Below, piece by piece: positions 17,316 through 26,562 of a stretch of 31,458 nucleotides of DNA (its first letter is position 1; each line of letters begins with the position of its first letter). The stretch lies in the IMG/VR virus record IMGVR_UViG_2534681704_000006; one strand, given 5' to 3'. Source of the stretch: a virus (taxonomy: Duplodnaviria > Heunggongvirae > Uroviricota > Caudoviricetes). Below the pieces are notes generated by a model. That model was given only the letters and a program-made list of their open reading frames with translations. It ran no database searches and was not told where the DNA came from. A program made the position numbers and the translations under genes.

Positions 17316-17776
17316 GCAGGGTAACCGCGATTATCTCCGCTCTGGTTATCTGCATCATCGTCTGCCTGTCATGGGCTGTTAATCATTACCGTGATAACGC
17401 CATTACCTACAAAGCCCAGCGCGACAAAAATGCCAGAGAACTGAAGCTGGCGAACGCGGCAATTACTGACATGCAGATGCGTCAGCGTGATGTTGCTGCG
17501 CTCGATGCAAAATACACGAAGGAGTTAGCTGATGCGAAAGCTGAAAATGATGCTCTGCGTGATGATGTTGCCGCTGGTCGTCGTCGGTTGCACATCAAAG
17601 CAGTCTGTCAGTCAGTGCGTGAAGCCACCACCGCCTCCGGCGTGGATAATGCAGCCTCCCCCCGACTGGCAGACACCGCTGAACGGGATTATTTCACCCT
17701 CCGGGAACGACTGGTAATGATGCAGGCCCAACTTGAAGGTGCTCAGCAATACATAACCGAGCAGTGTTTAAAGTAA
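17312..17776 (+). CDS. Rz: Rz inner-membrane spanin
   Basis: 154-aa product with N-terminal transmembrane segment and coiled-coil; overlaps endolysin stop; contains the embedded Rz1 frame. Confidence 0.85.
   Translation: MSRVTAIISALVICIIVCLSWAVNHYRDNAITYKAQRDKNARELKLANAAITDMQMRQRDVAALDAKYTKELADAKAENDALRDDVAAGRRRLHIKAVCQSVREATTASGVDNAASPRLADTAERDYFTLRERLVMMQAQLEGAQQYITEQCLK
17532..17717 (+). CDS. Rz1: Rz1 outer-membrane lipoprotein spanin (embedded in Rz, +1 frame)
   Basis: 61-aa ORF with lipobox (VVGC) and proline-rich body ([15 protein letters not shown]), fully embedded within Rz. Confidence 0.8.
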   Translation: MRKLKMMLCVMMLPLVVVGCTSKQSVSQCVKPPPPPAWIMQPPPDWQTPLNGIISPSGNDW

Positions 17777-17913
17777 AATCTTAACTACAATATGATTCAT
17801 TTTGATGATTGTTTCATAAGGAACAGTGAAGTAAGATCTAAGAGGAGTTAAATTTTATACAGTATAATCATAATATTGCAGCAAGGTGGTTATAATTGAA
17901 AGAATATTTAGAT

Positions 17914-19371
17914 ATGAATACATCTCATGTAAGAGTTGTTACTCATATGTGTGGGTTCCTGGTTTGGCTCTATAGTCTTTCAATGTTGCCACCAATGGTT
18001 GTAGCATTGTTTTATAAAGAAAAAAGCCTGTTCGTTTTCTTTATAACTTTCGTTATATTTTTTTGCATTGGTGGCGGAGCGTGGTATACAACTAAGAAAT
18101 CTGGCATTCAATTACGTACCCGTGATGGGTTTATTATAATTGTAATGTTTTGGATTTTGTTTTCTGTTATTAGTGCATTCCCTTTATGGATTGACTCAGA
18201 ACTTAATTTAACGTTCATTGATGCTCTGTTTGAAGGGGTTTCTGGAATAACAACAACAGGAGCAACTGTAATTGATGATGTTAGTTCATTACCTCGGGCA
18301 TATTTGTACTATCGGTCACAGTTAAATTTTATAGGTGGTTTAGGAGTTATTGTTCTGGCGGTTGCTGTATTGCCATTATTGGGTATTGGTGGTACAAAGC
18401 TTTATCAGTCAGAAATGCCGGGGCCATTTAAGGATGACAAACTCACTCCCCGCCTGGCCGATACGTCACGGACACTGTGGATAACTTATTCTTTATTAGG
18501 TATTGCTTGTATTGTCTGTTATAGACTTGCAGGAATGCCTTTGTTTGATGCTATTTGTCACGGGATTTCCACAGTTTCGCTTGGTGGTTTCTCAACTCAT
18601 AGCGAGAGTATCGGATATTTTAATAACTATTTGGTTGAGCTGGTGGCTGGTTCTTTTTCCCTGCTATCGGCTTTCAACTTCACTCTTTGGTATATTGTTA
18701 TTAGCAGGAAAACGATAAAACCTTTAATCAGAGATATTGAACTTCGTTTCTTTCTGTTAATAGCCTTAGGGGTGATCATTGTTACCTCTTTCCAGGTCTG
18801 GCATATAGGTATGTATGACTTGCATGGAAGTTTTATTCATTCGTTTTTTCTTGCCAGCTCCATGCTCACTGATAATGGTTTAGCTACGCAGGATTATGCA
18901 AACTGGCCCACGCACACGATAGTGTTTTTGCTGTCGTCAAGTTTCTTTGGGGGATGTATAGGTTCAACTTGTGGTGGAATTAAGTCACTTCGATTTCTTA
19001 TACTTTTCAAACAAAGCAAACACGAGATAAATCAGCTTTCTCATCCCAGAGCGTTGTTGAGTGTAAATGTAGGAGGGAAGATAGTTACAGATCGTGTAAT
19101 GAGGTCTGTATGGAGTTTCTTTTTTCTTTATACTCTCTTCACGGTGTTTTTTATACTGGTGTTAAATGGTATGGGATATGATTTTCTTACATCATTTGCA
19201 ACAGTGGCTGCATGTATTAATAATATGGGATTAGGTTTTGGGGCTACTGCATCGTCATTCGGAGTGCTTAATGACATTGCAAAATATTTAATGTGCATAG
19301 CTATGATTCTTGGTCGCCTTGAAATTTATCCTGTTATTATATTGTTTTCAGGTTTTTTTTGGCGCTCCTAA
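17914..19371 (+). CDS. trkG: TrkG potassium uptake protein (TrkH family)
   Basis: 485-aa multi-pass membrane protein from MNTSHVRVVTHMCGFLVWLYSLSMLPPMVVALFYKEK...; matches recalled Rac-prophage TrkG; AT-rich. Confidence 0.92.
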   Translation: MNTSHVRVVTHMCGFLVWLYSLSMLPPMVVALFYKEKSLFVFFITFVIFFCIGGGAWYTTKKSGIQLRTRDGFIIIVMFWILFSVISAFPLWIDSELNLTFIDALFEGVSGITTTGATVIDDVSSLPRAYLYYRSQLNFIGGLGVIVLAVAVLPLLGIGGTKLYQSEMPGPFKDDKLTPRLADTSRTLWITYSLLGIACIVCYRLAGMPLFDAICHGISTVSLGGFSTHSESIGYFNNYLVELVAGSFSLLSAFNFTLWYIVISRKTIKPLIRDIELRFFLLIALGVIIVTSFQVWHIGMYDLHGSFIHSFFLASSMLTDNGLATQDYANWPTHTIVFLLSSSFFGGCIGSTCGGIKSLRFLILFKQSKHEINQLSHPRALLSVNVGGKIVTDRVMRSVWSFFFLYTLFTVFFILVLNGMGYDFLTSFATVAACINNMGLGFGATASSFGVLNDIAKYLMCIAMILGRLEIYPVIILFSGFFWRS

Positions 19372-19508
19372 TATATGGCTGATTTATAATTGTGAGTTTA
19401 ATATTATATTGACTCACTCATTGATCCAATACCTAACTTTACCAGCAACACCTCCGCCCCCAGTAGCACTGGCTGCTGGGGTGCGTTTTATTCATAAAGC
19501 AAGGCTGT

Positions 19509-20297
19509 ATGAGCGAGAAATTAAAGATAGTCTATCGCCCATTACAAGAATTGTCACCGTATGCGCACAACGCCAGGACGCACAGTACTGAGCAGGTGGC
19601 ACAACTGGTAGAAAGTATTAAGCAATTCGGCTGGACTAATCCGGTGCTGATTGACGAAAAGGGCGAAATTATTGCGGGTCACGGTCGTGTTATGGCGGCT
19701 GAAATGCTCAAAATGGATTCTGTTCCGGTCATTGTTCTGTCTGGCCTGACGGATGAGCAGAAAAAGGCGTACCGCCTGGCAGATAATCGCCTACCGATGA
19801 ATGCTGGCTGGGATGAAGATCTGTTGCGGATGGAGCTGTCGGACCTAATCAATGCTGATTTTGATGTCTCCCTGACAGGCTTCGGCCCGACAGAAATTGA
19901 TGAACTGTTGACGGATGTTTTGCCCGGTACAGGAAATAAGGAGGAGCCGTATACGACGAAAATTGATACGCCTGTTTATGAGCCGTCGGGCGGTAAACCG
20001 GATATCAGTGAACTGTACGACGATACGAAAACTCAGGAGCTGATCAGCCGGATACGTTCGGCGTCCCTTGAGCCTGATATTGAGAAATTCCTCCTGTGTG
20101 CGGCAGAACGTCACACGGTGTTTAATTTCAGCAGAATTGCGGACTATTACGCTCATGCCCCCGCTGAAATTCAGTGCCTTTTCGAGGAGTCGGCGCTGGT
20201 GATCATTGATTATCAGCAGGCTATTGAAAATGGATTTGTCCGAATGACGCAGCGCATGGTGGCGATCATGCATAGCGGGGAGGAGGAATATGCGTGA
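19509..20297 (+). CDS. ParB-like nuclease domain protein (YnaK-like)
   Basis: 262-aa ORF; N-terminus (YRPLQELSPYAHNARTHS...IIAGHGRVMAA) has ParB/Srx-type motifs; resembles recalled Rac YnaK but full length here. Confidence 0.75.
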   Translation: MSEKLKIVYRPLQELSPYAHNARTHSTEQVAQLVESIKQFGWTNPVLIDEKGEIIAGHGRVMAAEMLKMDSVPVIVLSGLTDEQKKAYRLADNRLPMNAGWDEDLLRMELSDLINADFDVSLTGFGPTEIDELLTDVLPGTGNKEEPYTTKIDTPVYEPSGGKPDISELYDDTKTQELISRIRSASLEPDIEKFLLCAAERHTVFNFSRIADYYAHAPAEIQCLFEESALVIIDYQQAIENGFVRMTQRMVAIMHSGEEEYA

Positions 20298-21153
20298 TGA
20301 TTTTTGCGCCTTTATTCTGACTCACGGGCGACCGGACAAAGTTCTGACTTACCGGACGTTGCGTCGTGCTGGCTATACCGGGAAAATTTTTATCGTTGTT
20401 GATGATGAAGATAAGACACGGCATCAGTACATGGCTGAATTTGGTGAACAGGTGCTGGTATTTTCCAAAGCAGATATTGCCAGTCGTTTTGACGAAGCCG
20501 ATAATTTTGGTGACCGCCGCTCAATTTTTTACGCCCGTAATGCCTGTTTCGACCTGGCAAAACTGGTCGGGTGTAAATACTTCATTCAGCTCGATGATGA
20601 TTATCACGAGTTCCAGTTTCGGGTGGATCGCAACTATGACCAGGCCTATTTCCCGATAAGGAAACTGGATGCGATCCTTTCTGAAATGCTGGCGTATTAC
20701 GAATCAATACCCGCGCTTTCCATCGCTATGTCGCAGGGCGGGGATTTTCTTGGTGACAATGGCGGCCATGCTTCGTGGGTGAAACGCAAGGCAATGAACA
20801 GCTTTATCTGTTCGGTTGATCGACCGTTCTCATTCATGGGGCGCATTAACGAGGATGTGAATACGTACACGAATCTCGGTCGCCGTGGTGAATTGTTTAT
20901 GACGATCGGTGCTGTCCAGTTAGGGCAGAAACAGACGTAGAAAAACAGCGGCGGAATGACCGAGCTGTATCTGGATTCCGGGACCTACGTTAAAAGTTTT
21001 TATTCCGTCATGTATGCGCCGTCGTGCGTAAAAATCTCACTGATGGGCGCCAGCCATAAACGCATTCACCATCAGGTCACCTGGAACAACGCTGCAGTAA
21101 AAATCCTTCACGAAAAATACAGGAAGAAGACACCCTGCATATTAATGGGGTGA
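20290..21153 (+). pseudogene. YdaY-like gene interrupted by a single in-frame TAG (20938..20940); possible DxD-type transferase
   Basis: ORFs 20290..20940 and 20956..21153 are in the same frame, separated only by TAG plus 5 codons; 8-nt overlap with upstream ParB-like gene; contains DDD motifs (VVDDEDK, QLDDDYHEF). Confidence 0.5.
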
Positions 21154-21156
21154 CAA

Positions 21157-21408
21157 ATGATTCCGTATTCGAAAGTCGAGTCTCTGGCAGCGTGCCGGAT
21201 GACTGCACAACAAATCGCTGACGTACTGGATGTTGATCTGAACCGACTGAAAGAAAATCGGGAAGCAATGACAAATTTTTACGCGTCCATCCGTAAGGGC
21301 AGAGCGAAAGGTGAAGCCGAGCTACGGGCGGCATTGTTTAAGCTTGCCAGAAAAGGGGATGCCTTTGCCCTGCGCGAACTACTCAGGGTGGATAAAAATC
21401 AGGACTAA
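21157..21408 (+). CDS. small hypothetical protein upstream of terminase
   Basis: 83-aa ORF tightly packed between the interrupted gene and terS; no recognised family. Confidence 0.45.
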   Translation: MIPYSKVESLAACRMTAQQIADVLDVDLNRLKENREAMTNFYASIRKGRAKGEAELRAALFKLARKGDAFALRELLRVDKNQD

Positions 21409-21411
21409 CTG

Positions 21412-22506
21412 ATGAGCAGACCGGACTGGGGGGCGTTGCAGCAGGAGTATATTGCTGAATACACCCGCTCCGGTATATCTCCGGTGGCATGGTGTGAAGC
21501 AAGGGGACTGAATTACGCAACAGCCCGTCGTTACATCAAAAAACCTCCGAAAAATGCGCAGACAGAAATGCGCAAAACTGCGCAAAAAAGTGCGCAGAAA
21601 AAATCTGCGCAGACTGCACAAAAGCGGAACGGAAAATCTCAGGAAAAAAAGCCAGTATCCGATGCGTACCTGAATGAGGGCGATGCGGAAGAAATTTCGT
21701 TCTGTCCCGATGAATTCGGCGTTTCTGACCAGCAGGCGAAATTCGCAATGCTGGTTGCCCAGGGGAAAAAACTCGTTGAGGCATATCGCCTGGCAGGATA
21801 CGAGTCAGAGGGGAATGCGGCCTACGTAACCGCCAGCCAGCTCCTAAGAAATCCTAAGGTTTTTCGTGCTATCAGCTACTTCCGCAATCAGTACCAGAAA
21901 CGCTATACCGCAGACCTGGATTTACTGGTGAGTCAGTTGATGGCCATTGTCCAGGCCGACCCCAATCAGTTGGCACAATTTCGCCGTGTTAACTGCCGTT
22001 ATTGCTGGGGCGAGAATCATCACTACCAGTGGCGCGATATAGCAGAATTCGATAAGGCAGCGGCGCAGGCCTCCAGAGATGGCAAACCCGAGCCGGAATA
22101 TGGTGGCCTTGGCTTTGTTGATAACGCCATACCCAATCCGGACTGCCCGAAGTGCTGCGGTGAGGGAACGGGGCAGCTTTATATGGCTGATACCACTCTG
22201 CTTGATGGGGATGCGCGGCAATTATATGCAGGGGCAAAGCTCGGAAAATTTGGTGTTGAGATCCTGCTGGAGGATAAGGCTGCCGCCCGGCGTGAATTGT
22301 TGCGTTTGCTTGCTGCTGGCGGGGCTTTATGTGCAGATAAGCGGCTACAGGAACTGGAAATTGAACGGCGCAGAATGGAAAACCAGAAGCTGCGCAAAGA
22401 GATCGAAACGGTGGAGGATAATGAACATCCCCAACCTGTTGCGATCAATATTAATGTGGTTGATGCCAGAGTAAGGAGTGATGAAGATGATCTCTCCGAC
22501 GCTTAA
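21412..22506 (+). CDS. terS: terminase small subunit (TerS)
   Basis: 364-aa ORF directly upstream of and overlapping the terL-like ORF; N-terminal HTH-like segment and central terminase-small-like region (KFAMLVAQGKKLVEAYRLAGYESEGNAAYVTASQLLRNPKV). Confidence 0.65.
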   Translation: MSRPDWGALQQEYIAEYTRSGISPVAWCEARGLNYATARRYIKKPPKNAQTEMRKTAQKSAQKKSAQTAQKRNGKSQEKKPVSDAYLNEGDAEEISFCPDEFGVSDQQAKFAMLVAQGKKLVEAYRLAGYESEGNAAYVTASQLLRNPKVFRAISYFRNQYQKRYTADLDLLVSQLMAIVQADPNQLAQFRRVNCRYCWGENHHYQWRDIAEFDKAAAQASRDGKPEPEYGGLGFVDNAIPNPDCPKCCGEGTGQLYMADTTLLDGDARQLYAGAKLGKFGVEILLEDKAAARRELLRLLAAGGALCADKRLQELEIERRRMENQKLRKEIETVEDNEHPQPVAININVVDARVRSDEDDLSDA

Positions 22507-23281
22507 TGTGCCTCAGGCGCGATTTCTTTCAATGCCCCACAAATTTAAAGCCTATGTCGCTGGTTTTGGCTCGGGTAAAACATGGATTGGGTGTGGTGGC
22601 ATATGCAAGGGGATTTGGGAACATCCTGGTATAAATCAGGGATATTTTGCGCCAACGTATCCCCAAATTCGCGATATTTTTTACCCTACAGTGGAAGAAG
22701 TTGCTGCTGACTGGGGATTGAATGTAAAAATTAATGAGGGAAATAAAGAGGTTCATTTTTATTACGGACGTCAGTATCGGGGAACCACTATCTGCAGATC
22801 GATGGAGAAGCCGCAAACGATCGTCGGTTTCAAAATTGGTAATGCGCTGGTGGATGAACTGGACATTTTGCCGAAGGAAAAAGCCAGAACAGCGTGGCGC
22901 AAGATAATTGCGCGTATGCGTTATAAGGTTGATGGACTTCGCAACGGTATTGACGTTACAACCACGCCGGAAGGATTCAAATTTGTCTACGAGCAGTTTG
23001 TTAAAGCCGTGCGTGAAAAAACAGAGCTGGCCTCACTGTATGGTCTGGTGCAGGCATCTACTTTCGATAATGAAAAGAACCTGCCAGCAGATTACATTCC
23101 TTCGCTTCTTGAGTCATACCCTCCAGAGCTGATTAAAGCCTATCTTCGAGGACAGTTTACTAACCTGACAAGTGGTACTGTTTACCATCAGTTTGACCGG
23201 AAACTGAATAATTGCGAAGAAGTGGAGCAGCCAACCGCGCTGCTATTAACAGCATGTTTACCAGGCTCTCCGGAGAGCTGA
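22478..23281 (+). pseudogene. terL: terminase large subunit, N-terminal ATPase fragment only
   Basis: Walker A (VAGFGSGKTW) and Walker B (ALVDELD) motifs; ORF ends after 267 aa where the frame changes into a head-morphogenesis-like fragment; nuclease domain absent. Confidence 0.65.
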
Positions 23282-24000
23282 ACGAGCTGGCAGTTTATGA
23301 GGCTGGTTATCAGTTAAGTCTGTTTGATTCTCTGCTACCTGATTTTGTTGCTGATGTTCACCCTCTGGTTGGTATCTCACCTGATGCACTTTATGCCGCG
23401 GCAATGGCGCGACCATTCCAGGGACGACTGCTCAGTGAGTGGGCCTCAGATCTTGAGGCGGATCGGCTCAGACGCATAACAAATACGGTGCGTCAGGGTT
23501 TTTTGTTGGGGGATACCAATGAGCAGATCGCAAGAAAAATTCGGGGACATGTCAGTAAGGGATTTCAGGATGGTGCATTGCAGATGAGCCGGGCTAATGC
23601 GGCCAGCATTGCAAAAACAGCGGTTGGACATCTTGCTGCTACTGCCCGTGAGAGTTTTGCCAGCGCGAATAATGATTTGATTAAGGGTAAGCAATGGTTA
23701 TCAACGCTTGATAATCGTACTACGCCACAATGTCGAATCAGGGATCGCCTCAAATATACGCTGAATAATAAACCTGTAGGTCACAGCGTGCCTTATTTGC
23801 AGGGGCCGGGAAAAATTCATTTCTGCTGCCGCTCAACGGAAACGTTCATTCTGAAATCAGCGAAGGAACTGGGTATTGATGTTCGTGATATTTCCCCGGC
23901 TGAGCGGGCCAGCATGGATGGCGTGGTGGCCGGAGATACAACCTACAGGGAATGGTTTTTGCGTCAGCCTTACACCAGACAAAAACAGATTGTGGGGGAA
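23212..24000 (+). pseudogene. head morphogenesis protein fragment (SPP1 gp7 / Mu F-like)
   Basis: ORF without plausible start or ribosome-binding site in a different frame from terL; residues resemble minor head morphogenesis family (assignment from memory, moderate); runs into J-homologous sequence. Confidence 0.45.
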
Positions 24001-25829
24001 ATCCGGTCAGCGTGGAGGTTCAGTCCGTCACCGACGGCGTGAAGGTGAAAGTGAGCCGTGTTCCTGACGGCGTTGCCGGATACAGCGTGTGGGGGCTGAA
24101 GCTGCCGACGCTGCGCCAGCGCCTGTTCCGCTGTGTGAGTATCCGTGAGAACGACGACGGCACGTATGCCATCACTGCCGTGCAGCATGTGCCGGAAAAA
24201 GAGGCCATCGTGGATAACGGAGCGCACTTTGACGGCGACCAGAGCGGCACGGTGAATGGTGTCACGCCGCCAGCGGTGCAGCACCTGACCGCAGAAGTCA
24301 CCGCAGACAGTGGGGAGTATCAGGTGCTGGCGCGCTGGGACACGCCGAAGGTGGTGAAGGGTGTGAGCTTTATGCTTCGCCTGACCGTGGCCGCCGATGA
24401 CGGCAGTGAGCGGCTGGTCAGCACGGCCCGGACGACGGAAACCACTTACCGCTTCAGGCAGCTGGCGCTGGGGCGTTACACGCTGACGGTCCGGGCGGTA
24501 AATGCCCGGGGACAGCAGGGCGATCCGGCGTCGGTATCGTTCCGGATTGCCGCCCCGGCAGCGCCGTCGCGGATTGAGCTGACGCCGGGCTATTTTCAGA
24601 TAACTGCCACGCCGCATCTTGCGGTTTATGATCCGACGGTACAGTTTGAGTTCTGGTTCTCGGAAACGCGGATTACCGATATCAGGCAGGTTGAAACCAC
24701 AGCCCGCTACCTTGGCACGGGGCTGTACTGGATAGCCGCCAGTATCAATATCAAACCGGGCCATGATTATTACTTTTATATCCGCAGTGTGAACACCGTT
24801 GGCAAATCGGCATTCGTGGAGGCCGTCGGTCGGGCGAGCGATGATGCGGAAGGTTACCTGGATTTTTTCAAAGGCAAGATAACCGAATCCCATCTCGGTA
24901 AAGAGCTGCTGGAAAAAGTTGATCTGACGGAGGATAACGCCAGCAGACTGGATGAGTTTTCGAAAGAGTGGAAGGACGCTAACGATAAATGGAATGCCAT
25001 GTGGGGCGTCAAAATTGAGCAGACCAAAGACGGCAAACATTATGTCGCGGGTATTGGCCTCAGCATGGAGGACACGGAGGAAGGCAAGCTGAGCCAGTTT
25101 CTGGTTGCCGCTAACCGTATCGCGTTTATTGACCCGGCAAACGGGAATGAAACGCCGATGTTTGTGGCGCAGGGCAACCAGATATTCATGAACGACGTGT
25201 TCCTGAAGCGCCTGACAGCCCCCACCATTACCAGCGGTGGCAGTCCTCCGGTATTTTCCCTGACATCAGACGGAAAGCTGACCGCTAAAAATGCGGATAT
25301 CAGTGGTAGTGTGAATGCGAACTCAGGAACGCTCAACAATGTCACGATTAACCAGAACTGTACGATTAAGGGCATGCTGGAGGCGACCCAGGTCAGAGGG
25401 GATTTCGTTAAAGCTGTATCAAAAGCCTTCCCGAAAAAAGTCGGTACGTGGGGTAACACGGAAACACCAAACGGTACGGTTACAGTCACCATCAGCGATG
25501 ATCATAACTTTGACCGCCAGATTATTATTCCGCCCATTATTTTTAACGGTATAGCGTATGACGATCCGGGGAGCGGAAATAACCCAGGAGGCACGCGATA
25601 CACGGGTTATGGTTTTGAAGTTCGCAAAAACGGCGTATTAATCGCATCCAGAGAAACTAAAGGGGCCATTCCCGGTAGTTACAGTGCAGTTATTGATATG
25701 CCTAGTGGTGGTGGTAGCGTCACTCTGGAGTTTAAGATTTTCCAGAAAGGCAATCAGGGGGCAGGCAATATCACCGACTGTACGGTGATTGTGACCAAAA
25801 AAGCCGCTTCCGGCATCAGTATTCGTTGA
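24001..25829 (+). pseudogene. J: tail tip fibre / host specificity protein J, C-terminal half only
   Basis: From about 24001 the translation ([43 protein letters not shown]...) matches the C-terminal part of recalled lambda J; no N-terminal half upstream. Confidence 0.85.
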
Positions 25830-25850
25830 AATTGTTATAACCCATATAAG

Positions 25851-25878
25851 GGCACCAGAAATGGTGCCTTTTTTATTG
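25851..25878 (+). terminator. intrinsic terminator after J
   Basis: Hairpin GGCACCAGAAATGGTGCC followed by TTTTTTATT. Confidence 0.7.
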
Positions 25879-25898
25879 CAGAAAAGCGAGAGGTAATT

Positions 25899-26498
25899 AT
25901 GCGTAAACTTTATGCCGCCATTTTGTCCGCAGCCATTTGTCTGGCCGTATCAGGTGCGCCTGCATGGGCGTCTGAACATCAGTCCACGCTGAGCGCGGGG
26001 TATCTTCATGCCTCGACGAACGTTCCCGGCAGCGATGATCTGAACGGGATTAACGTGAAATACCGTTATGAGTTTACGGACACACTGGGGATGGTGACGT
26101 CATTCAGCTATGCAGGAGACAAGAATCGCCAGCTGACTCATTACAGCGATACCCGCTGGCATGAAGATTCCGTTCGTAACCGCTGGTTCAGCGTAATGGC
26201 GGGGCCGTCTGTGCGCGTGAATGAATGGTTCAGCGCGTATGCGATGGCGGGTGTGGCTTACAGCCGTGTGTCGACTTTCTCCGGGGATTATCTCCGCGTA
26301 ACTGACAACAAGGGGAAAACGCACGATGTGCTGACCGGAAGTGATGACGGTCGCCACAGCAACACGTCTCTGGCGTGGGGAGCTGGCGTGCAGTTTAACC
26401 CGATCGAATCCGTGGCCATTGATATTGCTTATGAAGGCTCCGGCAGTGGCGACTGGCGCACTGACGGTTTCATCGTGGGTGTCGGTTATAAGTTCTGA
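25899..26498 (+). CDS. lom: Lom outer-membrane protein (Ail/PagC/OmpX family)
   Basis: 199-aa product with signal peptide and beta-barrel C-terminal YKF, in lambda position between J and stf. Confidence 0.9.
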   Translation: MRKLYAAILSAAICLAVSGAPAWASEHQSTLSAGYLHASTNVPGSDDLNGINVKYRYEFTDTLGMVTSFSYAGDKNRQLTHYSDTRWHEDSVRNRWFSVMAGPSVRVNEWFSAYAMAGVAYSRVSTFSGDYLRVTDNKGKTHDVLTGSDDGRHSNTSLAWGAGVQFNPIESVAIDIAYEGSGSGDWRTDGFIVGVGYKF

Positions 26499-26523
26499 TT
26501 AGCCAGGTAACACAGTGTTATGA

Positions 26524-26552
26524 CAGCCCGCCGGTTCAGGCGGGCTTTTTTG
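26524..26552 (+). terminator. intrinsic terminator after lom
   Basis: Hairpin AGCCCGCC-GGTTCA-GGCGGGCT followed by TTTTTTGTGG. Confidence 0.7.
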
Positions 26553-26562
26553 TGGGGTGAAT

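Noticed and set aside
20956-21153. 65-aa ORF as an independent gene
   Set aside because: In the same frame as the upstream 216-aa ORF and separated only by a TAG plus five codons, with no convincing ribosome-binding site; more likely the 3' portion of an interrupted gene, although independence is not excluded
23970-25040. 356-aa ORF on the minus strand
   Set aside because: Lies entirely antisense within the J-homologous coding region; the + strand frame carries the J similarity, and the antisense ORF is a typical artefact of GC-rich coding sequence
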